64,000 nt of DNA from an uncultured Solirubrobacteraceae bacterium (GTDB taxonomy: Bacteria > Actinomycetota > Thermoleophilia > Solirubrobacterales > Solirubrobacteraceae), in contig CAWJNZ010000006.1 in assembly GCA_963844405.1 (NCBI GenBank), positions 22,247 to 86,246 of the forward strand. The letters are read 5' to 3'. Shown here piece by piece: positions 52,943-62,375 of the stretch. Each line of letters starts with the position of its first letter. Positions within the stretch are counted from its first letter, which is position 1. Below the pieces are notes generated by a model, which was not told the origin of the DNA, searched no databases, and saw only the letters and a program-made list of their open reading frames with translations. A program made the translations under genes and the position numbers.

Positions 52943-53279
52943 CGAGCCGGCCGCCGGGCGCCAGCCAGCGCTCGGCGAGCTCGGGCTCGCGGTGGACGAG
53001 CGCGACGCGGACCGCGAGGACCTTGTCGAACCGGCGGTCTCCGAGGTCGAGCTCCTCCAGGTGCGCGACGAGGAACTCCGCGGTGCCGGCCGCGACGTAG
53101 GCGGCGTTCCGGCGTTCCGCGGCCTCGACCATCTTCGGCGAGCGGTCGATCGCCGTCAGCCGAGCGCCGCGCTCGAGCACGTAGGTGGCCGCCACCCCGT
53201 GGCCGCAGCCGATCTCCAGCACGCGGTCTGCCGGGCGGACGTCGAGCCGCTCGACGACGCGGCGCAGGCGCTCGCTCAC
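52926..53279 (-). CDS. Small class I SAM-dependent methyltransferase
   Basis: The GTG at 53279 overlaps the upstream stop (GTGA). VLEIGCGHG motif I. Only 117 aa, so it may be truncated. Confidence 0.65.
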
Positions 53280-53743
53280 GCGCGCTTGATCGTCCGCACG
53301 CCGCCGTCCGGCGTCCAGACCGTGATGACGAGGTGCTTGCGCTCGGCGTCGAGGCCGACGGTGGAGACCTCGCGCAGGTCGAGCCGGAACAGGTGCGACG
53401 GGCCCGACGCCGCCTCGCCGTTGCGCTCCTTGACCCGTTCGGGTTCGGTGATCTCCTCGACGACGCCGGCGAGCTTGGCGTCGCCGGCCCACGCGTCCGG
53501 CTCGTCGGAGCCGCTGTGGAGGGCGAAGCGCGGGTCGCGCTGGAGGTCGCGGGCCTTGAGCGCCTGCCACATCGAGCCGATCCAGAGCTCGCCGTCGGCG
53601 AGCTGGGTCTCGGTGCCGGAGATGCGCGGCGAGCCGTCGGCCCGCAGGGTGGCGATGGTCTTGTGCTTGTGCGCGTCGAGGCGCTCGCGCACCGCCGCCG
53701 CCAGCTCGGGCGCGGCGGCTTCGAACTCTGACCAGCTGGGCAT
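53276..53743 (-). CDS. Pyridoxamine 5'-phosphate oxidase-family (FMN/F420 split-barrel) protein
   Basis: MPSWSEFEAAAPELAAAVRERLDAHKHKTIATLRADGSPRISG...RDPRFALHS. An alternative ATG lies at 53815. Confidence 0.8.
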   Translation of the reverse strand: MPSWSEFEAAAPELAAAVRERLDAHKHKTIATLRADGSPRISGTETQLADGELWIGSMWQALKARDLQRDPRFALHSGSDEPDAWAGDAKLAGVVEEITEPERVKERNGEAASGPSHLFRLDLREVSTVGLDAERKHLVITVWTPDGGVRTIKRA

Positions 53744-54164
53744 GCCGAGAGCTTCGCCCGCCGCCGCCGCGCCGTCCAGCCGGACGTCGAAATCGATCAA
53801 GCGCGCGCTTGACATGGACCCGGCCCCGGTGAGAGTGTCGAGCACGAACGTAGGACGCGGTTCCCCTGCAGCCCGGGGAACTCGGAAATCAGAGCCTGCG
53901 CCCGCATGGGCGCGGTCAGCCATGGGTCCGTGGAGCGGCCTCTCATCGAGGAGGTGAGATGGTGGGCGGGCAGTCGACGAGACGGTCGCAGCGCCTGTAT
54001 CGCAGCCGGTCGCCGCCTGTCGTCGCTCGGGTGCGGGCAGGCAGCCGCTCCGACCGGCTCGGTCGCTAGACGGAGCGGCGCCCCGAGGCCCGCCTCGCCG
54101 CAACCCCTCCGGAACCGACGCCTCGCGCAGAGGCGCCGATCACTGCACAGATAAGGAGCAGCAA

Positions 54165-54644
54165 ATGCGTAGACCCCTACGGCTGACTGTACTTGCCGCG
54201 GCCGTCGCCTCGCTGGCGCTCGCGGCGCCGGCACAGGCGGGCGCGCCGAAGTTCCACTCGGCGACGTCGAGCGTCAACAACGACGGCGCGCTGGTGGTCG
54301 CCTTCGACGAGCGCGGCCTCGGCAACGAGAACGTCGACTACACGCTGACGGCCGACGCGACGGCCCTGTACGCCTGCATCAACGGCGGCGGCAAGCACCC
54401 GCAGGCCGCCAACAAGGAGGCGTTCGAGGGCCAGGTCAGCGGCGGCGGCTCGTTCGAGCCCAAGAACGGCCGCGTCGTGGCGACCCTGGCGACCGGGCCG
54501 CTTCTGGCGCCGCAGTTCACGTGCCCGTCCGGGCAGCGGCGCGTGCTGGCGGCCGTCAGCTACACCAACATCGTGCTGACCGACACGTCGAACAACGTGT
54601 CGACCTCGGTCGCCGACGCATCGAGGACGTTCTTTGACGTCTGA
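54165..54644 (+). CDS. Secreted hypothetical protein
   Basis: AAGGAG 7 nt upstream of the ATG. Signal peptide MRRPLRLTVLAAAVASLALAAPAQA. Mature part about 134 aa with 2 Cys. Confidence 0.7.
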   Translation: MRRPLRLTVLAAAVASLALAAPAQAGAPKFHSATSSVNNDGALVVAFDERGLGNENVDYTLTADATALYACINGGGKHPQAANKEAFEGQVSGGGSFEPKNGRVVATLATGPLLAPQFTCPSGQRRVLAAVSYTNIVLTDTSNNVSTSVADASRTFFDV

Positions 54645-54727
54645 GCCGTCCTCGTGACCGGTCATGGCGGCTCCCGGTTCGCGCCGGGCGCCGCCGACCG
54701 CCGCCGCGTGGCGAATAGGCTGCCGCC

Positions 54728-55927
54728 ATGGCCGGCGCCAGCGAGCACCGTGCTCCCGGGCCCGCGCGGCGCGGCATCGTGCGAGCCGACCCGCACGAGG
54801 CATCCGTCTCGCCGCTCGAGCTGTTCTTCGACCTTGTGTTCGTCTTCGCGCTCACGCAGGTCACGGCGCTGCTGGCCGACGACCCGACGTTCGCCCAGCT
54901 CGGGCGCGGAATGTTGGTGCTCGCGCTCCTCTGGTGGTCCTGGTCCGGCTATACCTGGCTGACGAGCACGGTGGACCCGGAGCTCGGCCTGCCGCGACTG
55001 GTGATGTTCGCGGCGATGGGCGCGATGCTGCTCGTCGCGCTCGCCACGCCGGGCGCGTTCTCGGACGACGGCGTGCTGTGGGGTGTCGGCTACCTCGCCG
55101 TCCGGCTCCTGCACGCCGCGCTGTTCGCGCTGGCGGCGCGCGGCGACCCGGCGCTCGCGCGCGCCGTGCTGTCGCTCGTGGCCTCGCTGATCCCTGGCGC
55201 GGGCCTCATCATCCTCGCCAGCGCGGCGTTCGACGGCGCGGTGCGCGATCTGCTGTGGGTGGCCGCGGTGCTGCTCGACTACGGGCTCGTGCTGGTGCGT
55301 GGCGTGGAGGGCTGGCACGTGCACGCGCGGCACTTCGCGGAGCGCTTCGGGCTGGTCGTGATCATCGCGTTCGGCGAGTCGATCGTGGCGGTCGGGGTCG
55401 GCGCCGAAGGGGCCGAGCTGGGCTCGGGCGAGGTGCTCGCGGCGTTGCTGGCCGTCGCGATCACGTGCACGCTGTGGTGGGCGTACTTCGACGTGGTCGC
55501 GATCGTCGCCGAGGAGCGGTTCACGGCGGCCACGGGCACGGACCAGCTGCGCATCGCGCGGGACGCGTACGCGCTGATGCACCTGCCGATGATCGCCGGG
55601 ATCGTGCTGTTCGCCCTCGGCGTCAAGAAGATCCTCGAGCACGCGGGCGACCCGCTGTCCGATATGCCGGCAGTGGCGCTGTGCGGAGGGCTCGCGCTCT
55701 ACCTGCTGGCGCACGTCGCGTTCCGCGTGCGCACAGTCCGGTCCGTCAACTGGGCGCGGATTGTCGCGGCGCTGGCATGCGCGGCGCTGGTGCCCGTCGC
55801 CACCAGCGCCTCCGGGGTCGCCACGCTGTCCCTCGTGGCCGCCGTGCTGGTGGCGCTCATCGCGCTCGAGACCGTCCGTCATGCCGAAGCGCGCGCCCTC
55901 ATCCGGCAGGAGCGCGTCGGGCACTGA
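54728..55927 (+). CDS. LtrA-family (low temperature requirement A-like) membrane protein
   Basis: SPLELFFDLVFVFALTQVT...LLWWSWSGYTW signature with multiple TM helices. Confidence 0.85.
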   Translation: MAGASEHRAPGPARRGIVRADPHEASVSPLELFFDLVFVFALTQVTALLADDPTFAQLGRGMLVLALLWWSWSGYTWLTSTVDPELGLPRLVMFAAMGAMLLVALATPGAFSDDGVLWGVGYLAVRLLHAALFALAARGDPALARAVLSLVASLIPGAGLIILASAAFDGAVRDLLWVAAVLLDYGLVLVRGVEGWHVHARHFAERFGLVVIIAFGESIVAVGVGAEGAELGSGEVLAALLAVAITCTLWWAYFDVVAIVAEERFTAATGTDQLRIARDAYALMHLPMIAGIVLFALGVKKILEHAGDPLSDMPAVALCGGLALYLLAHVAFRVRTVRSVNWARIVAALACAALVPVATSASGVATLSLVAAVLVALIALETVRHAEARALIRQERVGH

Positions 55928-55938
55928 CGCGTAATGCC

Positions 55939-56832
55939 GTGGCCGACCGCCTGCGAGAGCTGATCGACCTCGTCCTCGGCTCGCTCGACGAGCCGGGCGC
56001 CGACGGCCGCGCGCTCGCCCGCCGCGCGCACTTCTCGCGCGACCACCTCGACCGCCTGCTCGCGGCGGCAACGGGCGAGACCCCGGCCGCGCTCAAGCGG
56101 CGGCTGCTGCTCGAGCGTGCGGCCTGGCAGCTGCGCACTCGCGCCGCCACCCCATCGGAGGCCGCGGCCGCCGCCGGCTACGGCTCGCTCGCCGCCTTCT
56201 CGCGCGGCTTCAAGGCCGCCTACGGCGTGCCGCCGAGCGAATTCCGCGACGGCGAGCCCCAGCTCGACGCGCCGAACGGCATCCACTTCCACCCGCCCGC
56301 CGGCCTTCTCATCCCGGGCGCCCGCGAGCCCGTCGCCCGCCGCGATCTCGCCGACCGCATGGTCTCCCACCACCTCGCGCGCGTGCGCGAGCTGCTCGAG
56401 GCGGCCGCCACCTTGCCCGCCGACGCGCTCGCCCGGCCGCTGCGGCCGGGCTTCGTGGCCGTCTGGTTCGAGGGCGAGGAGGCGAGCGCGGCGGTCATGG
56501 CCGAGCGCCTGGTCTTCACGCTCGAGGTCTGGAACGCCGCGATCAGCGGCGAGCCGATGCCCGACAAGGCCGGCGACCTCCTCCGCCGCTTCGACCGCGC
56601 CGCCCGCGAGTTCTCGCGCATGGCGCGCACGATCCGCGACCGCGGCGCCTGGGACGACGCCTTCGTCGACGCCCTCTGCGAGCCGCCGCAGTCGTTCACG
56701 TACGGCGGCGTCGTCTCCCACGTCCTCGGCTACGGCGCCGTCCGCCGCGAGATGCTCGCCTCGGTCCTGCGCGAGCTCGGCGCCACCGTCCCGTCATCCG
56801 GCGACCCGATCGAGTGGGAGGCGGGCCGCTAG
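55939..56832 (+). CDS. AraC-type HTH protein fused to a DinB/MDMPI-like C-terminal domain (tentative)
   Basis: GTG at 55939. ARRAHFSRDHLDRLLAAATGETPAALKRRLLLERAAWQL...AGYGSLAAFSRGFKAAYGVPPSEF, then a helical domain (MVSHHLARVRELLEAAATLPADAL). Confidence 0.65.
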   Translation: MADRLRELIDLVLGSLDEPGADGRALARRAHFSRDHLDRLLAAATGETPAALKRRLLLERAAWQLRTRAATPSEAAAAAGYGSLAAFSRGFKAAYGVPPSEFRDGEPQLDAPNGIHFHPPAGLLIPGAREPVARRDLADRMVSHHLARVRELLEAAATLPADALARPLRPGFVAVWFEGEEASAAVMAERLVFTLEVWNAAISGEPMPDKAGDLLRRFDRAAREFSRMARTIRDRGAWDDAFVDALCEPPQSFTYGGVVSHVLGYGAVRREMLASVLRELGATVPSSGDPIEWEAGR

Positions 56833-56992
56833 TGTCCCGATTCGGAAGTTCGATGGCAGTCTGCGGGCGCCTCGCCGCGCCTGGCGCCCGCCGGCGGCCT
56901 CGCAAGTACGCCCAGTACGAGCCAGGCCGCCGGCGACCGCCAGACACGACGATGCATCCCGCAGCCTGCGACCGAACTTACGAATCGCGACA

Positions 56993-59900
56993 CTAGACCA
57001 CGGCGGCGGCCTGCCCGAGCGTGCGCTCGATGCCGCGCTCGACCGTGTCGATCAGGTGCGGCCGCAGCTCGGCGGCGGAGATGATCCGGTCGACCGAGCC
57101 GACCTCGACGGCGCGCTCGACGCTGTGGATCGCGTCGAACTCCGCTGCCAGCTCGCCGAGCTTCTGGGACCGGACCTCCGCGTACAAGGCCTCGTCGGCC
57201 GACCCGTCGGCGATCCGCGCATCCTCGCGCGTGCGGTTGTCGACCTCGCGCGCGAACACGACCGCGGCGGCCGGTGCGCCGCCGATCACCGACGCGTGCG
57301 AGCCCTCCAGCGCGATCGTCTCGAGCGACGGGTTCAGCTTCCGCGAGAAGACCACGAAGGCGCCGCCGTGGAAGCGCGAGATCACGCAGAAGGCGATCGG
57401 GCCGTCGAAGTTGACGATCGCGCGCCCGATCTCGGCGCCGTACTCGAGCTGGAACCGGCGCATCGACTCCGGCGAGCCGTCGAAGCCCGCCAGGTTGGCG
57501 AGGATGACCAGCGGCCGCCGGCCCGACGCGGCGTTGATCGCGCGCGCCACCTTCTTCGAGGCCTGCGGGAACAGCGTGCCCGAGGTCCACTGGTCGGGGC
57601 CGTCGGCGGGCACCGAGCCGAAGCGCGGCAGCGGCCGCGACTCGATCCCGATCAGCGCCACCGGCCGGCCGCCGAGGTGCGCGTCCCACACGACCGCCAC
57701 CTCGGCCTCGCGCATCGCCGCCCAGCGCTCGAGCGGCGGCCGGTCGGCGTCGGCCACAGCGCGCATGACCGAGCGGATGTCGAACCCCTTCTTGCGCCCC
57801 GGGTTGGTCTCCTCGGCGAAGATCTCGCCGACCGTCTTCAGGTCGGAGTCGGGCGCGTGGTGGGGCGCCGAGCGGACGTCGCGGTCGACCGGGTCGCTGC
57901 TCTCCGCGCGCCGCGGGAAGCGCTCGCCGGGCGCGACGTAGGTGTGCTCGTAGTAGCTGAGCAGTACCTCGCAGGCGCCCGCCAGGTCCGCGGCCCAGTA
58001 CTGCGCCTGCCCGTTCGGGCCCATGATCCGCTCGTAGCCGCCGATGCCGAAGTTGTCCTCGGCCGAGATCCCGCCCGAGTAGTCGAGCGCCTGCTTGCCG
58101 GTCAGCACCATCGCGCTCTCGGGCGTCATCACGAGGATGCCGCGCGTGTGCATGAGCATCGTCGCCTCGGCGTTGAAGTACGGCTGGGCGCCGACGTTGA
58201 TGCCGCTGACCACGACGTTGATCTCGCCGCCGGCCTGGGTGAAGTGGACGATCCGGCGCAGCGCCGCCGCCACCCAGTCCATGTTCTCGGTGCCGGAGTC
58301 CATGGCGATCTTGGCGCCGGAGGAGACCGCGAACCACTCGACGGGGACGCCGAGCCGCTCGGCGAGGTCGAGCGCCGCGATGATCCGCCGGCACTCGGGC
58401 TCGGCCAGCGAGCCGAGCGAGCGCGTCGGGTCGCCGAGCACGATCACCCGCTGCATGCCCTCGGGGTGCTCGTGCGTGCGGTTGCGGATCGTGCCGACGA
58501 CGATGCTCGCGCGGTTGGTGGCCGGCGGCCGGTCCACGGGGACGAGCTCGCCGTCCTCGTCGAGGTCGTGCTCGACGAACTCCAGCGGCGCGAGGATCTT
58601 GACGATCTCCGCGGGGTGGAGCGTGCCGCGGCGGCGGGCGGAGATGATCCGCTGGGCGCCCTCGTCGAGCGGCTGCAGCGGGTGGCTGGGCGGGTCGGTG
58701 ACCTCGACCGTGACGCCGCGGCCGGCGGGGTTGAAGAGCCGCAGGACCCGCTCGCGCTCGACGCCGGCCTCGAGGATGCGGCCGCGGACCATGACCATCT
58801 CGATCCCGAGCTCCGCGGTGATCCGCGTGAAGCGCTCGATGATGGCTCCGGCGTCCTCGGGCCCGAAGTCCATCGTCGGCCAGACGTAGAGGAGCAGGCG
58901 GTTCCAGAGCAGGCGCTCGCGCGGGCGGAGGCCGGACTGGATCGAGCGCATCGACTCGAAGGCTCCTCGGACGGTGCGCTCGAGCTGCGGCAGCGCGGTG
59001 ATCGCGCCGTTCGCGTCGCGGACCGGCGTGAGGTCGCGCACCTCGGCGAGCGCCACCAGCCGCTCGTCGCGGGGGTTGTCCCTCGCCACGGCGCGGAAGA
59101 GGTGGACCTCGGGCGCGGCCGGCAGCTGCTCGAGCTGGAAGTTCACGAGCCGCCAGAAGTCCATCCGGGCGGCCATCATCGGGTGCATCCCGCGCAGGTC
59201 GGGGCTCTCGGTCCAGTCGTCGCCTGAGCGGAAGAAGGTCGCGACGTCGGTGTCGCCTTCGGGGGTGATGACGAACGCCGCGCGCACGACGTTGGCCGGC
59301 AGGTCGGCGGCGCCGAGCAGCGCGCCGAGGTCGTGGTCGTCGTGCAGGTAGAGGTCGACGAGCACGCGCTCGTCCGGCGGCAGCTCGCGGGCCGCGGCGC
59401 CAAGAGCGCGGAGGGCGGTGGCGAGGTCGTCGCGGTCTCCGAGCGTGGCCGCCACGTGGTGGCGGACGCCCTCGTGCTGGTAGCTGGCGTAGACGAACGG
59501 CACGCTGTCGAGCAGCCGCTGCTCGACCGTCTCCAGCTCCCGGATGCGGTAGTAGCGGCGCGTCATCGCCTCGATGAGGGCGCCGGCGTGGCCGACGTGG
59601 CGGCCGATCAGCGGCGCCAGCGGCTGCGGGCAGGCGACGAGCGCGGCCATCCGCTCGTCGCGATCGGGACGCGACGGGTCCTCGGCCAGCGCCTCGAGGT
59701 GGCCCTCCATCTCGGCGAGCGTCTCCTGGCGCGCCGTCTCCACCAGCGGCTCGTCGCAGCAGCGCCAGCGCAGCTCGCGCACCAGCTCGGCCAGCGCCGG
59801 CTCGCGGGCGCCGAGCGCGCTTTCTAGGCGGCCGAGCAGCCCGCGCAGGGCGTCGTCCCCGGCCGCGCCGAGCTCCAGCCGGCGGGCCAGGATCGCGCGC

Positions 59901-62287
59901 ACCGCCGCGCGGGCGGTGCCGCCGCGCTGGCGCGACAGGAACAGGCGATGGCAGGCCTCCTCGAGCGCCGCCGTCCGCTCGAGGCCGGCGATGCCGTAGT
60001 GGGCCAGCGCACGCTCGAGCGCGGCGACGAACCGCTCGGGGAGGCCCTCGGCGGCGGCGTCGAGCGAGCGCAGGAACGCGTGCAGGTACTCCTGCGGGCT
60101 GCGCAGCAGGTCCTCGTCCGTCGCGTGCGGCCGGTCGAGGGCCCTGACGTCGGCGTACAGCTCGAGCAGGCGGTGCTCGCCCTCGTCGTCGACCGGTCCG
60201 TCGAGCACGTGGACGCCGGTGACGTCGTAGCCGAGGATCAGCCACTTGAGCCGCTCGAGGTCGCCGACGTCGGCCACGGCCGGCTCGAACGTCAAGCGCT
60301 CGCCGACGGCGGCCTCGGGCGCGTCGTCGAGCGGCTCGATCTGGAGCAGCGGACGGCCGGCCGTCACGTGCACGTTGCTGCCGACCAGCACCTCGCGCAC
60401 GCGCCCGTGGACCGGCGCGGTCAGCGAGGTCTCCATCTTCATGCTCTCGGTGATGGCGACGACGTCGCCGGCCTGCACTTCGTCGCCGGCCTGGACGGGG
60501 ATCGCCACGACGACGCCGGGGGCGTGGCTGCGGACGAGGCCGCCCTCGTCGCGCGACACGCGGTGCGGCACGCCGTTGACCTCGACCAGCAGGTCGGTGT
60601 CCTGCACGGCGGTCAGCGTCCGGTACGAGCGGCCGCCGAAGGAGAGCCGGCGCTCGTGCTCGGTGAGCTGCTCGATGTCGGCCTCGATCGTCACGCCGTC
60701 GACCTCGACGCGGTAGCGCCGCGGGCCGGTCTCCCACACCTGGAAGCGGTAGCTCGTGCCGCGGTAGAGGAGGTCGAGCGTGTGGCCGACGTCGGCCTCG
60801 GCCTGCGGGCGGCCGCGGCGGGCGAGCGCGTAGAAGTGCGCGCGGTCGGCGGCCGTCTCCTCGTCGCACAGCGCGATCGCGGCCTGCACGAGCGCGGCGT
60901 CGGCGTGGCGCACGGGCTCGACGTCGCCCTGCGCCTGCAGGCGGTCGAGCCAGCCCGTGTCGACCTCGCCGCGGCGCAGCTCCGGCCGGCCGAGCAGCTC
61001 GAGCAGGAAGCCCTGGTTGGTGGTCCCCTCGTCGATCACCACCATCGTGTCGGCGACGGCGCGGCGCAGGCGGGCGATCGCCTGCTCGCGGGTGTCGCCG
61101 TGGGCGATGATCTTGGCCAGCATCGAGTCGAAGTCCGAGGGGACGGTGTCGCCCTCCGCGAAGCCGGTGTCGACGCGGATGCCCGGGCCCGTGGGGAGCC
61201 GGAGCAGGCTGATGCGGCCGGGCGCGGGCGAGAAGCCGCGCGCCGGGTCCTCGGCGTTGAGGCGGACCTCGATCGCGTGGCCCTTGGGGGGCGGCGGGTC
61301 GCCCTCGAGCCGGCCGCCGGCGGCCACGTGCAGCTGCAGCGCGACGAGGTCGGCGCCGGTGACGACCTCGGTCACCGGGTGCTCGACCTGCAGGCGCGCG
61401 TTGACCTCCATGAAGGAGAACTGCTCGCCGGTCGGCTCGTAGAGGAACTCGACGGTGGCGGCGCCGCGGTAGCCGACGCTGCGCGCGAGCCCGGCCGCCG
61501 AGTCCGCCAGCATGCGCTCCTGCTCGGCCGTCAGCACCGGGCTGGCCGACTCCTCGACGACCTTCTGGTGGCGGCGCTGGTAGGAGCAGTCGCGCACGCC
61601 GAGCGCCCACACGGCGCCCTGGCCGTCGGCCAGCAGCTGGACCTCGACGTGGCGGGCGTTCTCGACGAGCCGCTCCATCAGCACCGAGTCGTCGCCGAAG
61701 GCCTGGCCGGCCTCGGCACGGGCGCGCTCATAAGCGTTGGCCACATCCTCGGGCTGCTCCACGCGCCGCATGCCGCGGCCGCCGCCGCCCGCCGCCGCCT
61801 TGACCATCAGCGGGAAGCCGAGCTCTTCGGCGATCCGCTGGGCGTCCTCGACCGAGTCGACCGGCCCGCCGCTCCACGGCGCCACCGGCACGCCCGCCTG
61901 CTCGGCCAGCTTCTTCGCCTCGATCTTGTCGCCGAGCGCGCGCATGACCTGTGCGTCGGGGCCGGCGAAGGCGATGCCCAGCCGGTCGCACAGCTCGGCG
62001 AAGGCGGGGTGCTCGGCCACGAAGCCCCAGCCCACCCACGCGGCGTCCGCCCGCGTCTCGACGAGCGCCCGCTCGAGCGCCTCGTAGTCGAGGTAGGCGG
62101 AGGCCGGGCCGAGGCAGTGGCGCTCGTCGGCCTGGCGCACGAACAGCGCGTGCCGCTCGCCCTCGCTGTAGAGCGCGATGACGCGGATCGGCTCGTCGCG
62201 CGCGTCGTTGAGGTCGCGGACGGCGTGGATGGCGCGCATCGCCGCCTCGCCGCGGTTGACGATGGCCAGGCGCGTGAAGGAGGTCAC
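56993..62287 (-). CDS. Single-chain multidomain acyl-CoA carboxylase (BC-BCCP-carboxyltransferase), 1764 aa
   Basis: N-terminal biotin carboxylase (LAIVNRGEAAMRAI, GGGGRG, EVNARLQVEH), a central biotinyl motif ITESMKMET, and a C-terminal two-lobed carboxyltransferase (VSGINVGAQPYF, FHGGAFVVFS). No frame break in 5.3 kb. Confidence 0.9.
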   Translation of the reverse strand: MTSFTRLAIVNRGEAAMRAIHAVRDLNDARDEPIRVIALYSEGERHALFVRQADERHCLGPASAYLDYEALERALVETRADAAWVGWGFVAEHPAFAELCDRLGIAFAGPDAQVMRALGDKIEAKKLAEQAGVPVAPWSGGPVDSVEDAQRIAEELGFPLMVKAAAGGGGRGMRRVEQPEDVANAYERARAEAGQAFGDDSVLMERLVENARHVEVQLLADGQGAVWALGVRDCSYQRRHQKVVEESASPVLTAEQERMLADSAAGLARSVGYRGAATVEFLYEPTGEQFSFMEVNARLQVEHPVTEVVTGADLVALQLHVAAGGRLEGDPPPPKGHAIEVRLNAEDPARGFSPAPGRISLLRLPTGPGIRVDTGFAEGDTVPSDFDSMLAKIIAHGDTREQAIARLRRAVADTMVVIDEGTTNQGFLLELLGRPELRRGEVDTGWLDRLQAQGDVEPVRHADAALVQAAIALCDEETAADRAHFYALARRGRPQAEADVGHTLDLLYRGTSYRFQVWETGPRRYRVEVDGVTIEADIEQLTEHERRLSFGGRSYRTLTAVQDTDLLVEVNGVPHRVSRDEGGLVRSHAPGVVVAIPVQAGDEVQAGDVVAITESMKMETSLTAPVHGRVREVLVGSNVHVTAGRPLLQIEPLDDAPEAAVGERLTFEPAVADVGDLERLKWLILGYDVTGVHVLDGPVDDEGEHRLLELYADVRALDRPHATDEDLLRSPQEYLHAFLRSLDAAAEGLPERFVAALERALAHYGIAGLERTAALEEACHRLFLSRQRGGTARAAVRAILARRLELGAAGDDALRGLLGRLESALGAREPALAELVRELRWRCCDEPLVETARQETLAEMEGHLEALAEDPSRPDRDERMAALVACPQPLAPLIGRHVGHAGALIEAMTRRYYRIRELETVEQRLLDSVPFVYASYQHEGVRHHVAATLGDRDDLATALRALGAAARELPPDERVLVDLYLHDDHDLGALLGAADLPANVVRAAFVITPEGDTDVATFFRSGDDWTESPDLRGMHPMMAARMDFWRLVNFQLEQLPAAPEVHLFRAVARDNPRDERLVALAEVRDLTPVRDANGAITALPQLERTVRGAFESMRSIQSGLRPRERLLWNRLLLYVWPTMDFGPEDAGAIIERFTRITAELGIEMVMVRGRILEAGVERERVLRLFNPAGRGVTVEVTDPPSHPLQPLDEGAQRIISARRRGTLHPAEIVKILAPLEFVEHDLDEDGELVPVDRPPATNRASIVVGTIRNRTHEHPEGMQRVIVLGDPTRSLGSLAEPECRRIIAALDLAERLGVPVEWFAVSSGAKIAMDSGTENMDWVAAALRRIVHFTQAGGEINVVVSGINVGAQPYFNAEATMLMHTRGILVMTPESAMVLTGKQALDYSGGISAEDNFGIGGYERIMGPNGQAQYWAADLAGACEVLLSYYEHTYVAPGERFPRRAESSDPVDRDVRSAPHHAPDSDLKTVGEIFAEETNPGRKKGFDIRSVMRAVADADRPPLERWAAMREAEVAVVWDAHLGGRPVALIGIESRPLPRFGSVPADGPDQWTSGTLFPQASKKVARAINAASGRRPLVILANLAGFDGSPESMRRFQLEYGAEIGRAIVNFDGPIAFCVISRFHGGAFVVFSRKLNPSLETIALEGSHASVIGGAPAAAVVFAREVDNRTREDARIADGSADEALYAEVRSQKLGELAAEFDAIHSVERAVEVGSVDRIISAAELRPHLIDTVERGIERTLGQAAAVV

Positions 62288-62375
62288 GCGACCCTTGTGT
62301 GACCGACTTCACGCTCGCCTTCAAGCGTTCCGGCGTCCGAACCCGCCATCTGTGGGGGTGAACTACGCTCAGGCC

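Noticed and set aside
53959-54069. 36-codon ORF with a strong GAGGAGG ribosome-binding site in the long spacer
   Set aside because: The product is almost pure Arg/Ser/Gly (MVGGQSTRRSQRLYRSRSPP...). Codon bias is not convincing. The match to an SD sequence is likely coincidental in GC-rich DNA.
56829-61610. 1593-aa minus-strand ORF, plus the 1036-aa and 784-aa plus-strand ORFs overlapping the giant carboxylase gene
   Set aside because: All are Arg/Pro/Gly-rich with no motifs. They are shadow frames of the 1764-aa carboxylase ORF, which has clear domain signatures throughout.
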